A stretch of DNA of 64,000 nt from an uncultured Candidatus Binatia bacterium (GCA_965214605.1 OZ243961.1:1216001-1280000), one strand, 5' to 3'; counted from the first letter of the stretch, positions 29,983 through 40,513 are shown. The notes: generated by a model from the sequence alone, not told the origin. Numbers and translations are program-made.

Positions 29983-31227
29983 ATGAGGTCACAGCCAAAC
30001 ATTCTTGTCCTACTCATTGACTGCTTACGGGCCGACGCGCTCTTTGGCCAGCGCCGAAGCTGCCAAACCCCGACCTTAGACCGTCTGACTCGCTCGGGAG
30101 TCAGCTGTACTCAGGCCATTTCATCCGCCTCTTCGACCACGCCGTGCGTGGCCAGTCTGCTGACTGGCACGTATTCCTTTGTGCACGGTATCCGCTCTAT
30201 TTTTGGACTCAAACTCAGCCCCCAGGCGTCCTCTTTGGTCGAGGTCTTTAAGGCTCACGGCTATCACACCTATGCCGAAGTGAGCGGTCCGTTGTTTCCC
30301 GAAACTCGACTTGACCGAGGTTTTGACACCTACAATTTTCGCGATGGTCCCGCCTATCTTTCCACCCCGTGGGGGACAGACTTTCGGCACCGTCTGCAGA
30401 CCGCCTATCAGCGGCCGTGGTTTCTGTTGTTACACCTGTGGGAACTGCACCACCATCGACATATCCTGCCCCGGTTCCGCAGTCGGGCCTACGGTCGCAA
30501 CCGGTATGAGCGGGCACTGTCGTGTCTGGACACCCAACTGGCGACGGTGATCGACACGGTCCCACCAAATACGATTGTCGTCGTGCACGGCGACCACGGC
30601 GAGAAACTGGTTAAGACGGATATTGGCTATCGGACTTATCGTCTATTTCGCGACATCTTCGGCTCGTCAATATCCAAACGCGAGGGACACGAGATGGACG
30701 TGTATGAGGACCTCATTCGGGTGCCGCTCGTTTTCTCGTTCATCGGTCCCACCGCCCATCCCCAGCTCCCAGTAGGAAAAACCGTCACTCAACCGGTACG
30801 GCAGATCGATGTCCTGCCAACCCTGCTCGAGCTGGCCGGGTTGACACCGCCGAGCCATATCCACGGCCAGAGCCTCGTCCCAGCCCTGCACGCAGACACG
30901 CCGCTCAAACTCGAAGCCTACCTCGAAGCCTTCTTGCGTATCCACTCCGATCCACGCGACCGACGGGTCGGCTGGCGGACGGCGGAGTGGAAATATATCT
31001 ATGCACCGGAAAATCCCGAGCTGCCCGAAGAACTGTATCATTTGGCGTCCGATCCGCGTGAACGACACAACCTCATCAACACCCAACCCGAGGTTAGGAC
31101 GAGACTCCGCCAGCAGATTGAGGGCATCCAAAACGGGCCGCTGGCCGCCAGTCCCGGCCAGCACATGAGTGTTGAAGAGCAGCGTGCGCTTGAGAAGCGT
31201 ATGGCGGATTTGGGCTATCTGTCATAG
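29983..31227 (+). CDS. Sulfatase-like (alkaline phosphatase superfamily) enzyme
   Basis: PNILVLLIDCLRAD, SLLTG, GDHGE, VPL, DVLPTLL and ELYHL..DP.E motifs. Lacks the canonical C/SxPxR. Confidence 0.8.
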   Translation: MRSQPNILVLLIDCLRADALFGQRRSCQTPTLDRLTRSGVSCTQAISSASSTTPCVASLLTGTYSFVHGIRSIFGLKLSPQASSLVEVFKAHGYHTYAEVSGPLFPETRLDRGFDTYNFRDGPAYLSTPWGTDFRHRLQTAYQRPWFLLLHLWELHHHRHILPRFRSRAYGRNRYERALSCLDTQLATVIDTVPPNTIVVVHGDHGEKLVKTDIGYRTYRLFRDIFGSSISKREGHEMDVYEDLIRVPLVFSFIGPTAHPQLPVGKTVTQPVRQIDVLPTLLELAGLTPPSHIHGQSLVPALHADTPLKLEAYLEAFLRIHSDPRDRRVGWRTAEWKYIYAPENPELPEELYHLASDPRERHNLINTQPEVRTRLRQQIEGIQNGPLAASPGQHMSVEEQRALEKRMADLGYLS

Positions 31228-31250
31228 CCTCGGCATGCGAATCCTGTTGC

Positions 31251-32912
31251 GTGGAGCAGTCTATTGTGGCACCTTCTCCTCTCTCACCCGTCTTTTGTGT
31301 TGTGGACAGACCGGACCTGATCGAGCGCTTGCCGACCGCCCCGCAGGAGTGGGGGCCGAGCCGGATTCTGAAACACGACAAGAACACGACCGTGCGCTTA
31401 GTTCGCTTGCCCCTCGGTCCGGTGGTGACCAAGCATTACCGTTTGCAGCGCTGGAGCCAGATCGGCGACGCGTTTCTGCACGGCTCACCGGCTCGACGTT
31501 CCTGGCAGGGAGCAAATCTGCTCCATGAACACGGATTCTGTGCGCCGCGCCCCCTGGCCGTGCTGGAGCGATGGCGGGGCGGGCTGATACGGGAGAGTGT
31601 GTATGTCAGTCAGGGACTGGTCAGCCAAGTCGGTTTGGATCAATATTGGCAGGAACGCCACACCGCTTGGTCGCCCGCCCAGCAGCGTCGTTTCTTGACC
31701 GCCCTGGCCGATTTTTTGCGGCACTTTCATACCGCAGGTTTATATGCTGGGGACATGAAAGACGCCAATCTCCTTGTTGAGACGATCAGTGACACGGAGT
31801 GGCGTTTTTATCTGGTTGATCTTGACCGGGTGCATCACTTCCCGGCTCTCAGCCTCAAGCGACGGCTCAAGAATCTGGTCCAGTTGGAGCGAACGCTTGG
31901 TCAACGCGTCCGCTTGAGTCAGCGTGTCTCCTTTTTGTATCGCTATTTGGACACCCCTCTGCCTCCAGCCCAGCATCGCCGGGAGCTGCTGCGCCAACTC
32001 GTCAGGCTACGTGACAAAAAGGATAGAGAGTACACCCGCCGCCGGGCGCGCCAGCCTAGGCGGTCAAACGTGCCCCCCCTTTCCATGCTGCAGGACGCGG
32101 GCCTATCGGCCATACCCCGCCGGGCGCCGATCTCGTGCTGTATTGTGTGCTTTAATGAGGCCGCCAACATACGCCGCTGTCTGGAAAGCGTCAAATGGTG
32201 CGATGAGATTATCGTTGTCGATTCCTTCTCAACCGATCAAACCGTGCGGATCTGTCGGGAGTACACTCCCCATATTATCCAGCGCACCTGGCCCGGTTAT
32301 GTCGAGCAAAAGCGCTTTGCGCTGAGCCAAACCAGTTACGAATGGGTGTTGAATATTGATGCTGATGAGGAAGTTTCGCCGGCCCTACAACAAGACATTG
32401 TGGCGATCTTAGCCCGCAATGATCCAGCGGTTGACGGCTTTTACATCCCCCGTTTAGTCCATTACCTTGGCCGCTGGTGGTGGCGCGGCTGGTATCCCAG
32501 CTATCGGCTGCGTTTATTCCGCAAGCCGAAGGTGCGATGGGGCGGGGTTGACCCGCACGAAAAAGTCTTACTACGCGGTCAAGCCGACCGGTTATCGAGC
32601 AATATCTATCACTACACGTATGATGACATTACGGACCACCTGCGGACGGTGAACGATTTGACCGATGTTGCCTCACAACAGTTGGCCCAGCGCGGCATAC
32701 CGGTCCACGTGTGGGACCTCCTGTCTCGTCCCCTATGGCGCTTTGTGCGTTTCTATGTGCTGAGCGGCTGTATCTGGTACGGACGGGCAGGTTTCTTTGT
32801 GTCGGTCACCGCCTCCTTTTACACCTTTCTCAAATACGCCAAGCTGTGGGAATGCACGCTGGGCAAGCCACACCATGAACAGACTCGACAGGCGGGCCGT
32901 TTTGCATGTTGA
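31251..32912 (+). CDS. Fusion of an LPS kinase (Kdo/WaaP-like) and a GT2 glycosyltransferase (WaaE/KdtX-like)
   Basis: N-half has GDMKDANLL and LVDLD. C-half has FNEAANI, VDSFSTD, IDADE and HE..L. Confidence 0.8.
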   Translation: MEQSIVAPSPLSPVFCVVDRPDLIERLPTAPQEWGPSRILKHDKNTTVRLVRLPLGPVVTKHYRLQRWSQIGDAFLHGSPARRSWQGANLLHEHGFCAPRPLAVLERWRGGLIRESVYVSQGLVSQVGLDQYWQERHTAWSPAQQRRFLTALADFLRHFHTAGLYAGDMKDANLLVETISDTEWRFYLVDLDRVHHFPALSLKRRLKNLVQLERTLGQRVRLSQRVSFLYRYLDTPLPPAQHRRELLRQLVRLRDKKDREYTRRRARQPRRSNVPPLSMLQDAGLSAIPRRAPISCCIVCFNEAANIRRCLESVKWCDEIIVVDSFSTDQTVRICREYTPHIIQRTWPGYVEQKRFALSQTSYEWVLNIDADEEVSPALQQDIVAILARNDPAVDGFYIPRLVHYLGRWWWRGWYPSYRLRLFRKPKVRWGGVDPHEKVLLRGQADRLSSNIYHYTYDDITDHLRTVNDLTDVASQQLAQRGIPVHVWDLLSRPLWRFVRFYVLSGCIWYGRAGFFVSVTASFYTFLKYAKLWECTLGKPHHEQTRQAGRFAC

Positions 32913-34008
32913 CCCAGAACGGGGCTGGGGCGGCGGTGAAACCCAGGTCTTGGGCTTGACCCGCTATCTGCACAGAGCCGGCCATCGGTCCGTTGTTGCC
33001 GTGGCGCCACACGGCGCTCTGTGCCGCCACCTCAACCAGGCCGCCCTGCCCTCCTGCGGGCTGTGGGTGCGGAACGATTTCGACGCGCTGGCCGGTCTGC
33101 GTCTCCGCCACCTGGTTCAGACCGGCGGCTATGAGCTCGTCCATTTTCATACCGCCCGCGCCCACGCTCTCAGCCCGTGGCTACACGGGTTAGGGGTCAA
33201 ACGGGTCGTCACCCGTAGAATGGACTATCCGCTGAAGCGGGGAAGCTGGCAGCGTTTTTTGTACCGTAGCGGCGTTGATGCGGTGGTAGCAATTTCTCAT
33301 CGTGTGGAGTCGGCTCTGATTGAGGGAGGTGTCTCGTCAGCCCGGATCCGTCTCATTCCGAGCGGGATTGATACCGCCCGCTTTGTGCCGGACCCGCGGG
33401 CCAGAGAGCGGATTCGTCACCGCTATGGCCTGGACAGTAGGGAAATCCTTATCGTGTCAGTCGGGGCGCTGGTCGAACGCAAGGCCCAGGCGAGCCTGAT
33501 TGAAGCCGCGGCTCAGCTTCACCGCCAGGGACTTCGGTTGTCGTATATGGTCTGCGGCGAGGGTCCCCAGCGGATGGTGCTAGAGGCGCAGGCACGGGCC
33601 GCCGGTTTGGGCGAACAAGTTTATTTCCCGGGGTTTTGTAGCGATGTCCCAGCCTATCTGGCAGCCGCCGACGTGTTTGTTCACGTTCCGCTGTGGGAGG
33701 GCTTGGGAGTGGCTGTTATTGAGGCACTTGCGGCCGGCCGACCTATTATTGCCAGCCGGGTCGGGGGGCTTCCTGAGCTGATTGAGGATCGTCATACCGG
33801 CCTGCTCATCCCACCTCAAGCGCCGGACGCGCTGGCCGCCGCCGTGGCCCAACTCGTCCACAACCCGACCTTGGCCGCCAGCCTCGGACGGGCTGGACAG
33901 CACAGGGCACAAACACATTTTGATGTCCAGGCTATGGCACGGGCGAACGCCGTGCTGTATGACGAGTTGCTCGCCCCCCGACAAAGGAGATCGACGCTGA
34001 TCCCCTGA
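32875..34008 (+). CDS. GT4 glycosyltransferase
   Basis: WGGGE, SGID, EGLGVAVIEA and SRVGGLPE motifs. Confidence 0.9.
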   Translation: MNRLDRRAVLHVDPERGWGGGETQVLGLTRYLHRAGHRSVVAVAPHGALCRHLNQAALPSCGLWVRNDFDALAGLRLRHLVQTGGYELVHFHTARAHALSPWLHGLGVKRVVTRRMDYPLKRGSWQRFLYRSGVDAVVAISHRVESALIEGGVSSARIRLIPSGIDTARFVPDPRARERIRHRYGLDSREILIVSVGALVERKAQASLIEAAAQLHRQGLRLSYMVCGEGPQRMVLEAQARAAGLGEQVYFPGFCSDVPAYLAAADVFVHVPLWEGLGVAVIEALAAGRPIIASRVGGLPELIEDRHTGLLIPPQAPDALAAAVAQLVHNPTLAASLGRAGQHRAQTHFDVQAMARANAVLYDELLAPRQRRSTLIP

Positions 34009-34049
34009 TCCAGATGAGATCACCGCCCCCCTCTGCATCAAGGAAAGAC

Positions 34050-35078
34050 ATGACCCGACACTCGCCCGCAAGACCTGACCTCCAGCCCGTCCCGGATATC
34101 CGAGCCGTGCTGGAGCGCTTTTCCGGGGTGCGCGTTTTGGTAGTCGGAGACATGATGCTGGACCGCTACATCTGGGGTCAGGTTGAGCGGATTTCTCCCG
34201 AAGCACCAGTTCCGATCGTGCGAGTCACCGACGAGAGCCTGCGCGCCGGCGGAGCCGGCAATGTCATCACCAATATCCGGGCCCTCGGCGGCCAGGTCAT
34301 CGCCGGTGGCCTGATCGGCCAAGATCAAGCCGGACAACGCCTAGTCCGAGAACTGGCCACCAGTGGGGCCGAGGTCAGCGGTATCCTGCTCAGTCAGAGC
34401 ATGGAAACGATCAGCAAGACGCGGATTATTGCCCATAGCCAACAGGTCGTTCGGCTTGACCGTGAGCCACGCCACGCCATCGACAGCCGGGTCCGGACCC
34501 GGCTGCGCACCTTCGTGCATAACCATATTAACGGGTGTGATGTTGTGGTGGTTTCGGACTACGGTAAAGGGACGATTGACGCCGAGCTGCTCGGTCTGTT
34601 GGCCGAGTTACGCCGTCAGCACCGTTTTGTGTATCTGATTGATCCCAAACCGCCCAACTTTGCTCATTATCGAGAGGCGAGTTTGGTCAAACCCAATCTA
34701 GCAGAAGCCAGCCAAGCCGCCGGTCTAGCCATCCATAACGAGGCCAGTCTGGTCGAGGCGGGTGCCCGACTGCTCGAGCGCTGGAAAACCCCGGCCGTTC
34801 TTATCTCGCGCGGCGAAGGTGGTCTGAGCCTGTTTCAGGCGGGTGGATCGGTCCGCCATTTTCCGACCATGGCCCGTGAGGTTTTTGACGTCACCGGAGC
34901 TGGGGACACCGTTCACGCCACCTGTGCGCTGGCCCTTGGGGCTGGCACCTCTCTTGAAACGGCGACCATCTTTGCCAACCATGCGGCCGGGGTCGTGGTA
35001 GGAAAAGTCGGCACTGCCACCGTCAACTCGGCAGAGCTCCGAACAGTCCTCAACGAGACATACCCATGCGAAGTATGA
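34050..35078 (+). CDS. rfaE1: D-glycero-beta-D-manno-heptose-7-phosphate kinase
   Basis: GDMMLDRY, RISPEAPVP, SDYGKG and DVTGAGDT motifs. Confidence 0.93.
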   Translation: MTRHSPARPDLQPVPDIRAVLERFSGVRVLVVGDMMLDRYIWGQVERISPEAPVPIVRVTDESLRAGGAGNVITNIRALGGQVIAGGLIGQDQAGQRLVRELATSGAEVSGILLSQSMETISKTRIIAHSQQVVRLDREPRHAIDSRVRTRLRTFVHNHINGCDVVVVSDYGKGTIDAELLGLLAELRRQHRFVYLIDPKPPNFAHYREASLVKPNLAEASQAAGLAIHNEASLVEAGARLLERWKTPAVLISRGEGGLSLFQAGGSVRHFPTMAREVFDVTGAGDTVHATCALALGAGTSLETATIFANHAAGVVVGKVGTATVNSAELRTVLNETYPCEV

Positions 35079-35941
35079 CAGGCTACGGAAGCGGCAGCGC
35101 GAGCTTTCGCGGCGGACGGGTGAGTGCTGAAATACGGACGGTCAACCACCGCTTTTTAGAGATAAAAATGTCGCTCCCGCGCCTCTTCCTGCCCTGGGAG
35201 GACGAGTTCCGGCGGCAGCTGAGCGCCGAGGTCGGTCGTGGCCGGCTTGAGCTGTCGCTGAATCTGAGCGGGCGGGCGCCGCATACCTATACGGTCTCCC
35301 TCAACCGTGATCTGGCCCAGGCCTACCGCCAGGCATTTGGTGATCTGCAAAAAGAACTCGACATCGACACCCCACTCGATCTGCGGATGTTCGCCTCATG
35401 GCCGGATCTGTTCCAGGTCAGCGCCCAGCCGCAACTCAGCCAGACCGAACTTCAGACGGCTAAAAAAGCGGTCAGTAAGGCGCTGCGGAGCCTGGAAAGC
35501 CAGCGCAGCCGGGAGGGCAGATATCTGCGGCGCGAACTGCGGAGCCGGGTTTCCACCTTGAGCAAGATCAGACGGGCGGCCAATCGTCGCACCGGCCGGG
35601 TCCAAGCGGCCGCCCGTCAGCGGCTGGCCGAACGGGTCCAAATCTTTCTGGCCGACACTCAACTCGACCAGTCACGCCTCCTTCAGGAGGTGGTGGCGGC
35701 CACCCAGAAAAGTGATATCACGGAGGAACTCGTCCGTTTACAGAGTCATTTGGAAACCATGACAGATCTCATCACCACTCACGAACCGGTTGGCAAACGG
35801 CTGGATTTTCTGCTTCAAGAGATCAATCGCGAAGTCAATACGATCGGGGCCAAGGTCGATGACGCCCCGATCCGCCATTTAGTCGTCGAGGCAAAAGAGG
35901 AGGTAGAGAAATTGCGCGAACAAGTGCAGAATATAGAGTAA
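35066..35941 (+). CDS. yicC: YicC/YloC endoribonuclease family protein
   Basis: MRSMTGYG, VNHRFL, DITEELVRL and GKRLDFLLQEINREVNTIGAK motifs. Confidence 0.93.
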   Translation: MRSMTGYGSGSASFRGGRVSAEIRTVNHRFLEIKMSLPRLFLPWEDEFRRQLSAEVGRGRLELSLNLSGRAPHTYTVSLNRDLAQAYRQAFGDLQKELDIDTPLDLRMFASWPDLFQVSAQPQLSQTELQTAKKAVSKALRSLESQRSREGRYLRRELRSRVSTLSKIRRAANRRTGRVQAAARQRLAERVQIFLADTQLDQSRLLQEVVAATQKSDITEELVRLQSHLETMTDLITTHEPVGKRLDFLLQEINREVNTIGAKVDDAPIRHLVVEAKEEVEKLREQVQNIE

Positions 35942-35945
35942 CTGT

Positions 35946-36641
35946 ATGTCGCACCAGGCTCACTGTTTTTGCTTCCCCCGCCGGGGAGTGCTCTTTCTCC
36001 TATCGGCTCCGTCCGGAACGGGCAAAACCACCTTGGCCCAGCGGTTGCTGGCCGGCGTTGCTCAGCTGTCCGCCTCAGTCTCGTATACCACCCGCCAACC
36101 TCGCTCTGGAGAGGTCGATGGGCAGGCCTATCACTTTGTGACCGAAGCCGAGTTTGAGCGCTTACGTAAAGTCGACACCTTTGTTGAATGGGCCCAGGTC
36201 CACGGCGCGCTGTACGGCACCGCCCATGCCGTCCTAGACGACGCTCTGGCTCGCGGTCGAGACCTGCTCCTGGAGATAGACGTCGAGGGGGCGCGGCAGA
36301 TCAAAAACCGCTATCCGCAGGCCGTGGCGATTTTTATTCTGCCGCCGTCGTGGCAGGAGCTTGAGAGACGGTTGCGCGGACGCGGCACCGATTCAGCCCA
36401 GACCATTGCCGAACGCCTCCGCCGTGGACGGTACGAGGCCCGTCAGCTGGCGGGCTATGACTACTGTGTGGTGAACGAGCGACTCGAAGAAGCCGAAGCC
36501 GATCTGCTCGCCATTATTCGGGCCGAGCGGGCTCGGATTTCCCGCTTCACCCACTCACCGACGCTGCAGAGTCTGCTGAGTCCGCAGTCGGACCGCTCCT
36601 TCGCTACCACAGTCCCCGCTCGGCCTGCCGGACAAGAATAG
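35946..36641 (+). CDS. gmk: Guanylate kinase
   Basis: SAPSGTGKTT, TTRQPRSGE.DG, YGT and LEIDVEGA motifs. Confidence 0.95.
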   Translation: MSHQAHCFCFPRRGVLFLLSAPSGTGKTTLAQRLLAGVAQLSASVSYTTRQPRSGEVDGQAYHFVTEAEFERLRKVDTFVEWAQVHGALYGTAHAVLDDALARGRDLLLEIDVEGARQIKNRYPQAVAIFILPPSWQELERRLRGRGTDSAQTIAERLRRGRYEARQLAGYDYCVVNERLEEAEADLLAIIRAERARISRFTHSPTLQSLLSPQSDRSFATTVPARPAGQE

Positions 36642-36643
36642 CC

Positions 36644-38800
36644 ATGACACCCCAGCAGCTGATTCACACCATTCAGACCTACCAGCCAGATGCCAACACT
36701 GCCCTGCTGACCCAGGCCTACGAGTTCTCAGAACGCGTCCATCGAGGGCAGAGGCGCCGTTCTGGAGAGCCGTACTTTGTCCATCCGGCTGAAGTCGCCA
36801 AAATCCTGACCGATATGAAGCTGGACGTGCCAACGATCATCACCGGTCTGTTGCACGACACGGTCGAGGATACTTTGATCACGCTGAAAGAGGTTGAGCA
36901 GCAGTTTGGGACAGAAGTGGCTTACCTCGTTGATGGGGTCACCAAGATCAGCCGGATCCATTTCACTAGCCACGAAGAGCGCCAAGCCGAAAATTTTCGC
37001 AAAATGATTCGGGCCATGGATCGCGATATCCGGGTGGTGTTAGTCAAGCTGGCTGACCGGGCCCACAACATGCGGACCTTGTCGTATCTGTCTGCGGACA
37101 AACAGCGTGAGATTGCCAGAGAAACCCTGGACATTTATGCTCCCTTAGCCCATCGCCTGGGGATTTACTGGCTCAAAAGCGAGTTGGAAGACAACGCTCT
37201 ACGTTATCTCCACCCCGAGGTCTATGAACAGCTTAAACGCGATATCGCCCAGAAAAAAACCGAACGAGCGGCCTACATCGACAAAGTCATCAGCATTCTG
37301 AAAAACAAGCTCGACCAGGCCCAGATTTCGGCTCAGATTCACGGTCGCCCTAAGCACTTCTACTCCATCTATCAAAAAATGGAGTCCCATAACCTACTGT
37401 TTGATCAGATCTACGATCTGGTCGCGTTTCGCATCATCGTCGATTCGATCAGCGAATGTTATGGCGTCCTCGGCATTGTCCATAGTCACTGGAAGCCGGT
37501 TCCCGGCCGCTTCAAAGACTATATCGCCTTGCCCAAGGCGAACAGGTATCGCTCCCTGCACACCACGGTGATTGGTCCATACGGCGATCGTATCGAGGTT
37601 CAGATTCGGACCCACGAGATGCACCGTACCGCCGAGGAGGGCATTGCCGCTCACTTGACATATAAAGAGAGTTGTCGAGTGATGGAGGAAGATCAACGCT
37701 TCTCCTGGCTCCACCAGCTCTTAGAGTGGCAGCAGCAGGTCCAAGATCCAAACGAATTTCTGCGCACGGTCAAGGACGATCTGCTCACCAATGAAGTGTC
37801 GGTGTTCACTCCAAAGGGCGATTTACACAATTTTCCGCAGGGGGCTTCGGTCGTGGACTTTGCCTATCGCGTTCACTCTGAGGTCGGCAATCACTGTACC
37901 GGAGGGCGGGTAAACGGTCGTCTAGTACCGCTCCGTTACCAGCTATGCGATGGCGATACGGTTGAGATTTTGACCAAACCGGATCAGACGCCGAGTAAAG
38001 ACTGGCTCAAAATTGTCAAAACGCCCAAAGCCAAGACGCGGATTCGGCAGTGGGTCAAAGCCCAGGAGCGTCAGTGGAGCATTACCCTGGGCCGCGGACT
38101 GCTGGAACTCGGCTTGGCCCGCCACCAGCTTGATGTGACCGTACTGCGCAAACAGGGAAAACTTGAGGCTGCCATCAGGGCCCTAGGCTATAAGGGGGAA
38201 GAAGCCTTGCTGGCCGCTCTGGGTTACCGTCGCCTGACCGTTCGAAATCTGCTGCCCCATTTGCTGTCGCCCAACGACACCAAACAGTGGCAAACCCAGG
38301 ATGAGGCCGAACTCGCCAAGCTCCTCAATCGACCGGTCTGCGAAGACGGCGGGCGGAGCGGGGTCCAGGTCGGGCGCATCGGAGATAACCTGGTTCGCTT
38401 TGGGCGCTGCTGTAATCCTCTCCCTGGAGAGCGGATTCGGGGGGTGCTCACCCGTGACAAAGGCGTGACCGTGCACGAGGTGGAGTGTCAGTGCTTACTG
38501 GAAAGCGACCCGCAGCGGCATGTCGAGGTCAGCTGGGACAATGCCGACGACTTCACCCGCACGGTCACAGTCGAAGTCCTATCGGAAGATCGCCCTGGCC
38601 TGTTGGCCGCCATGAGCGAGGCCATCAGTTCGGTCGAGGTGAATATCACGAGTGCCAATGTCCGCACTTTGTCCGACAACCGCGCGCTCAACCGCTTTGC
38701 AGTCATGGTCCGCAGCGCAGAAGACTTTAAGCGGGTCATCAACAGTCTGGACAAGGTCCGCGGTGTCGTCAAAGTCCGTGAGGTTCGCCAACGTCAATAA
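36644..38800 (+). CDS. spoT: Bifunctional (p)ppGpp synthetase/hydrolase (Rel/SpoT)
   Basis: HD domain (LLHDTVED), KLADRAHNMRTL, GRPKH, EVQIRT, plus TGS and ACT domains. Confidence 0.95.
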   Translation: MTPQQLIHTIQTYQPDANTALLTQAYEFSERVHRGQRRRSGEPYFVHPAEVAKILTDMKLDVPTIITGLLHDTVEDTLITLKEVEQQFGTEVAYLVDGVTKISRIHFTSHEERQAENFRKMIRAMDRDIRVVLVKLADRAHNMRTLSYLSADKQREIARETLDIYAPLAHRLGIYWLKSELEDNALRYLHPEVYEQLKRDIAQKKTERAAYIDKVISILKNKLDQAQISAQIHGRPKHFYSIYQKMESHNLLFDQIYDLVAFRIIVDSISECYGVLGIVHSHWKPVPGRFKDYIALPKANRYRSLHTTVIGPYGDRIEVQIRTHEMHRTAEEGIAAHLTYKESCRVMEEDQRFSWLHQLLEWQQQVQDPNEFLRTVKDDLLTNEVSVFTPKGDLHNFPQGASVVDFAYRVHSEVGNHCTGGRVNGRLVPLRYQLCDGDTVEILTKPDQTPSKDWLKIVKTPKAKTRIRQWVKAQERQWSITLGRGLLELGLARHQLDVTVLRKQGKLEAAIRALGYKGEEALLAALGYRRLTVRNLLPHLLSPNDTKQWQTQDEAELAKLLNRPVCEDGGRSGVQVGRIGDNLVRFGRCCNPLPGERIRGVLTRDKGVTVHEVECQCLLESDPQRHVEVSWDNADDFTRTVTVEVLSEDRPGLLAAMSEAISSVEVNITSANVRTLSDNRALNRFAVMVRSAEDFKRVINSLDKVRGVVKVREVRQRQ

Positions 38801-38898
38801 AGTCGTCGGGGCTCCGCTCTGGTGATTCTCTTGGGCAGTCGGCATCTGATGGAGAACACCCTACTCTACGGGTTCTGTCGAACAACGGGGGAGCAGTC

Positions 38899-39564
38899 AT
38901 GAGTCGTATGATCGCGGGCACAGTCATCCTCATGGTATGGGCTCTCGCCTCCCCGGCTCACCCGCAGCCGTCCGGGCAAGCCTCCGTCACCGACGGCGAT
39001 ACGCTTGAGATCGCCGGCGAACGTGTCCGACTACACGGCATCGACGCGCCGGAGCGAGAGCAGCCCTGCCACGCGGACGGGCGGCCGTGGCAGTGCGGGC
39101 AGGCCGCAACGCAGGCACTCCAGAGACGCATCGGCGGCCAAGCCGTCACCTGCACGCCGCGTGATCGCGACCGCTACGGGCGGGTCGTCGCCGTATGCGA
39201 AACAGCTGGAGGGAGCCTCAACGCCTGGCTGGTGGCGCAAGGCTGGGCGCTGGCCTACCGGCGGTACTCGACGGCCTACGTGGACGAGGAACGGGCGGCC
39301 AAGCGGGGGGTTTGGCGGGGGCAGCTCGTCCCGCCCTGGGAGTGGCGGCGCGGCAAGAGGCTGGCCGCGCCGGCGAGGGCTTCGGTCAAGGCGAACGGCG
39401 GGTGCCGCATCAAGGGCAACATCGGTCGCAACGGCAAGCGCATCTACCACATGCCCGGCGACAGGTACTATGAGCGCACGGTCATCAATAGCGCCACAGG
39501 CGAGCGGTGGTTCTGCTCCGAAGACGAAGCACAGGCGGCAGGATGGCGGCGGACCAAGCGCTGA
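38899..39564 (+). CDS. Secreted thermonuclease (SNase-like) with ExoI-type C-terminal domain
   Basis: Signal peptide, DGDT, RLHGIDAPE and DRYGR motifs. C-terminal CRIKGNI...IYHMPG..YY...GERWFCSEDEAQAAGWR. Confidence 0.88.
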   Translation: MSRMIAGTVILMVWALASPAHPQPSGQASVTDGDTLEIAGERVRLHGIDAPEREQPCHADGRPWQCGQAATQALQRRIGGQAVTCTPRDRDRYGRVVAVCETAGGSLNAWLVAQGWALAYRRYSTAYVDEERAAKRGVWRGQLVPPWEWRRGKRLAAPARASVKANGGCRIKGNIGRNGKRIYHMPGDRYYERTVINSATGERWFCSEDEAQAAGWRRTKR

Positions 39565-40513
39565 ACTCCGAGGAAAGGGCACCGTGCTGAAGAGCGCGTC
39601 CCTCGGTCGGCCGTCGCCGAGAAGCCGGAGGCTCCTCGGGCCGGACAGTGCCCCACCCGCAGGATCGGACAGCGCCACAGGGGAAGGAGGACGGACGCGC
39701 AGAGCGCAAAGGACGGGGGCGACAGTCCCCACACGAATGGTGAAGGAAGCCCCACGGGGGGACGAACACCCTACACTGCGGGCATGGCGAGCCAGAGGAC
39801 GGAAGGGGTGACGGGACCCTGCGGATCCGGCAGGAATACTGGGCGGAGTGGGAACGGGCAGGAATGCAGGCAAAGCTGCCGGATTTCGTGCAGTTGCCCA
39901 GTCGTGCGGTTGGGCCGGCACCACTGGTTCACATCGAGGCGGACGGGGCCGAGGACGCCGTGAAGGGCTCCATCAAGGCGCTGCGGGGGCCTGGGGGATT
40001 GGACGGAGGGCCTGGGCGAGTTCAGCGCATTCCCATACGTCGAATACCGCCGAGGCGTTTGATGCTGTTGAAACTTCTCTCTCCCCTCCCACACTAGCCC
40101 CACCAAGTATCTCCAGTGTTCAGGGACCGGATTTTACCTTCTTTGTGTATTGGGACAACCGGCGTACTGGACAGTTCAGGCCGATGTATTTCTCCATATA
40201 GGAGAACGCTGAGGGTTTAGTGCTTCCGAGTCCCGGCCCGGTCTGAAGACTGCTTGATTTCCAGCAGCATCCATCTCTCGCGCCCACATAGCCCGAGACT
40301 CGCCCACGAGGGTCTGTGATTCTCGCTGCCGGCGAGTAGAGTCTCACTCAGGCAACATCGAGGTTGCCCAAGCGGGTTGGTCTGCTTCAGCAGTACTTTA
40401 TCGTTTTTTGGATGAGCTTCCCCATCTTCTTGCGGCTGTTGGTTTGGCTGGCTGCTAGGCATTTGCCTCTTTTGCCTACTGAGGTCTCACCGTACACGAT
40501 TCCTGCTCAAAAA

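Noticed and set aside
39005-39924. Long overlapping ORFs (268 aa on +, 297 aa on -)
   Set aside because: Low-complexity Arg/Pro/Gly/Ala translations typical of GC-rich shadow frames over the nuclease gene.
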